This document shows positions 63,808-64,000 of a DNA stretch of 64,000 nucleotides, piece by piece. The position numbers and the translations under genes are program-made. The DNA lies in assembly GCA_043228905.1 (NCBI GenBank), contig JBHGNT010000001.1, positions 17,608,001 to 17,672,000 on the forward strand, written 5' to 3'. The DNA comes from Azolla caroliniana (taxonomy: Eukaryota; Plantae; Polypodiophyta). Below the pieces are notes generated by a model. The model saw nothing but the letters and a program-made list of their open reading frames with translations, searched no databases and was not told the origin of the DNA. The first letter of the stretch is position 1, and each line of letters begins with the position of its first letter.

Positions 63808-64000
63808 GGTGTTGTCTGCCGGAATAAGAAATAATATAGGATCATAACGCATGTAATGGTTCACGCAGGAAGCGTGAATGGCTAAATAGACCCTGCCTGC
63901 GTATATAAAAGGCAGAAAACCTCTGATAGAGGGAGCGTGTATTTTGGAATGTAAAGAAGCGTATCGTAATAGAATTCTATCTTCTCTGAAAGTCTGTGTA

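Larger units (their letters stand above)
57207..64000 (+). mobile_element. Ty3/gypsy element K (non-chromovirus type), decayed; 3' LTR runs off the window
   Basis: 5' LTR 57207-57618; PBS TGGCACGCTTGGTGA 57623-57637 (tRNA-Arg type); gag with CCHC knuckles, PR VIDGGSGVN, RT FIDGFSGYNQ, RH YYASRKL; integrase deleted near 61830; 3' LTR from 63810. Confidence 0.92.

Overview
A 64-kb stretch of land-plant heterochromatin-type DNA. The element families suggest a non-seed plant such as a fern; this is inference. No host gene was recognised. The window is a multi-level nest of Ty1/copia and Ty3/gypsy LTR retrotransposons, several with verifiable 5-bp TSDs, including one apparently intact and very young copia (37163-42599). 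It also holds solo or recombined LTRs, a TRIM-like derivative and a LINE fragment. In the middle is a 9.85-kb cut-and-paste DNA transposon (24151-33999; 25-bp TIRs, TTAA TSD). It encodes an intact spliced Sola2-like DDD transposase and a convergent spliced RING-H2-like cargo gene, and is packed with a palindromic TAGCTAATTAGCTA satellite. The most unusual observation is that three gypsy-type elements from two LTR families have no polypurine tract. In its place they carry a conserved 40-nt hairpin plus tRNA-Arg-3'-end mimic (an inverted PBS ending in CCA) 2 nt before the 3' LTR, suggesting tRNA-primed or tRNA-mimic-primed plus-strand synthesis. Other notable signals: a conserved -1 frameshift pseudoknot between protease and RT, tRNA-like A/B boxes inside two LTRs, a U3 module shared by a gypsy and a copia LTR, and a copia family with two PPTs.
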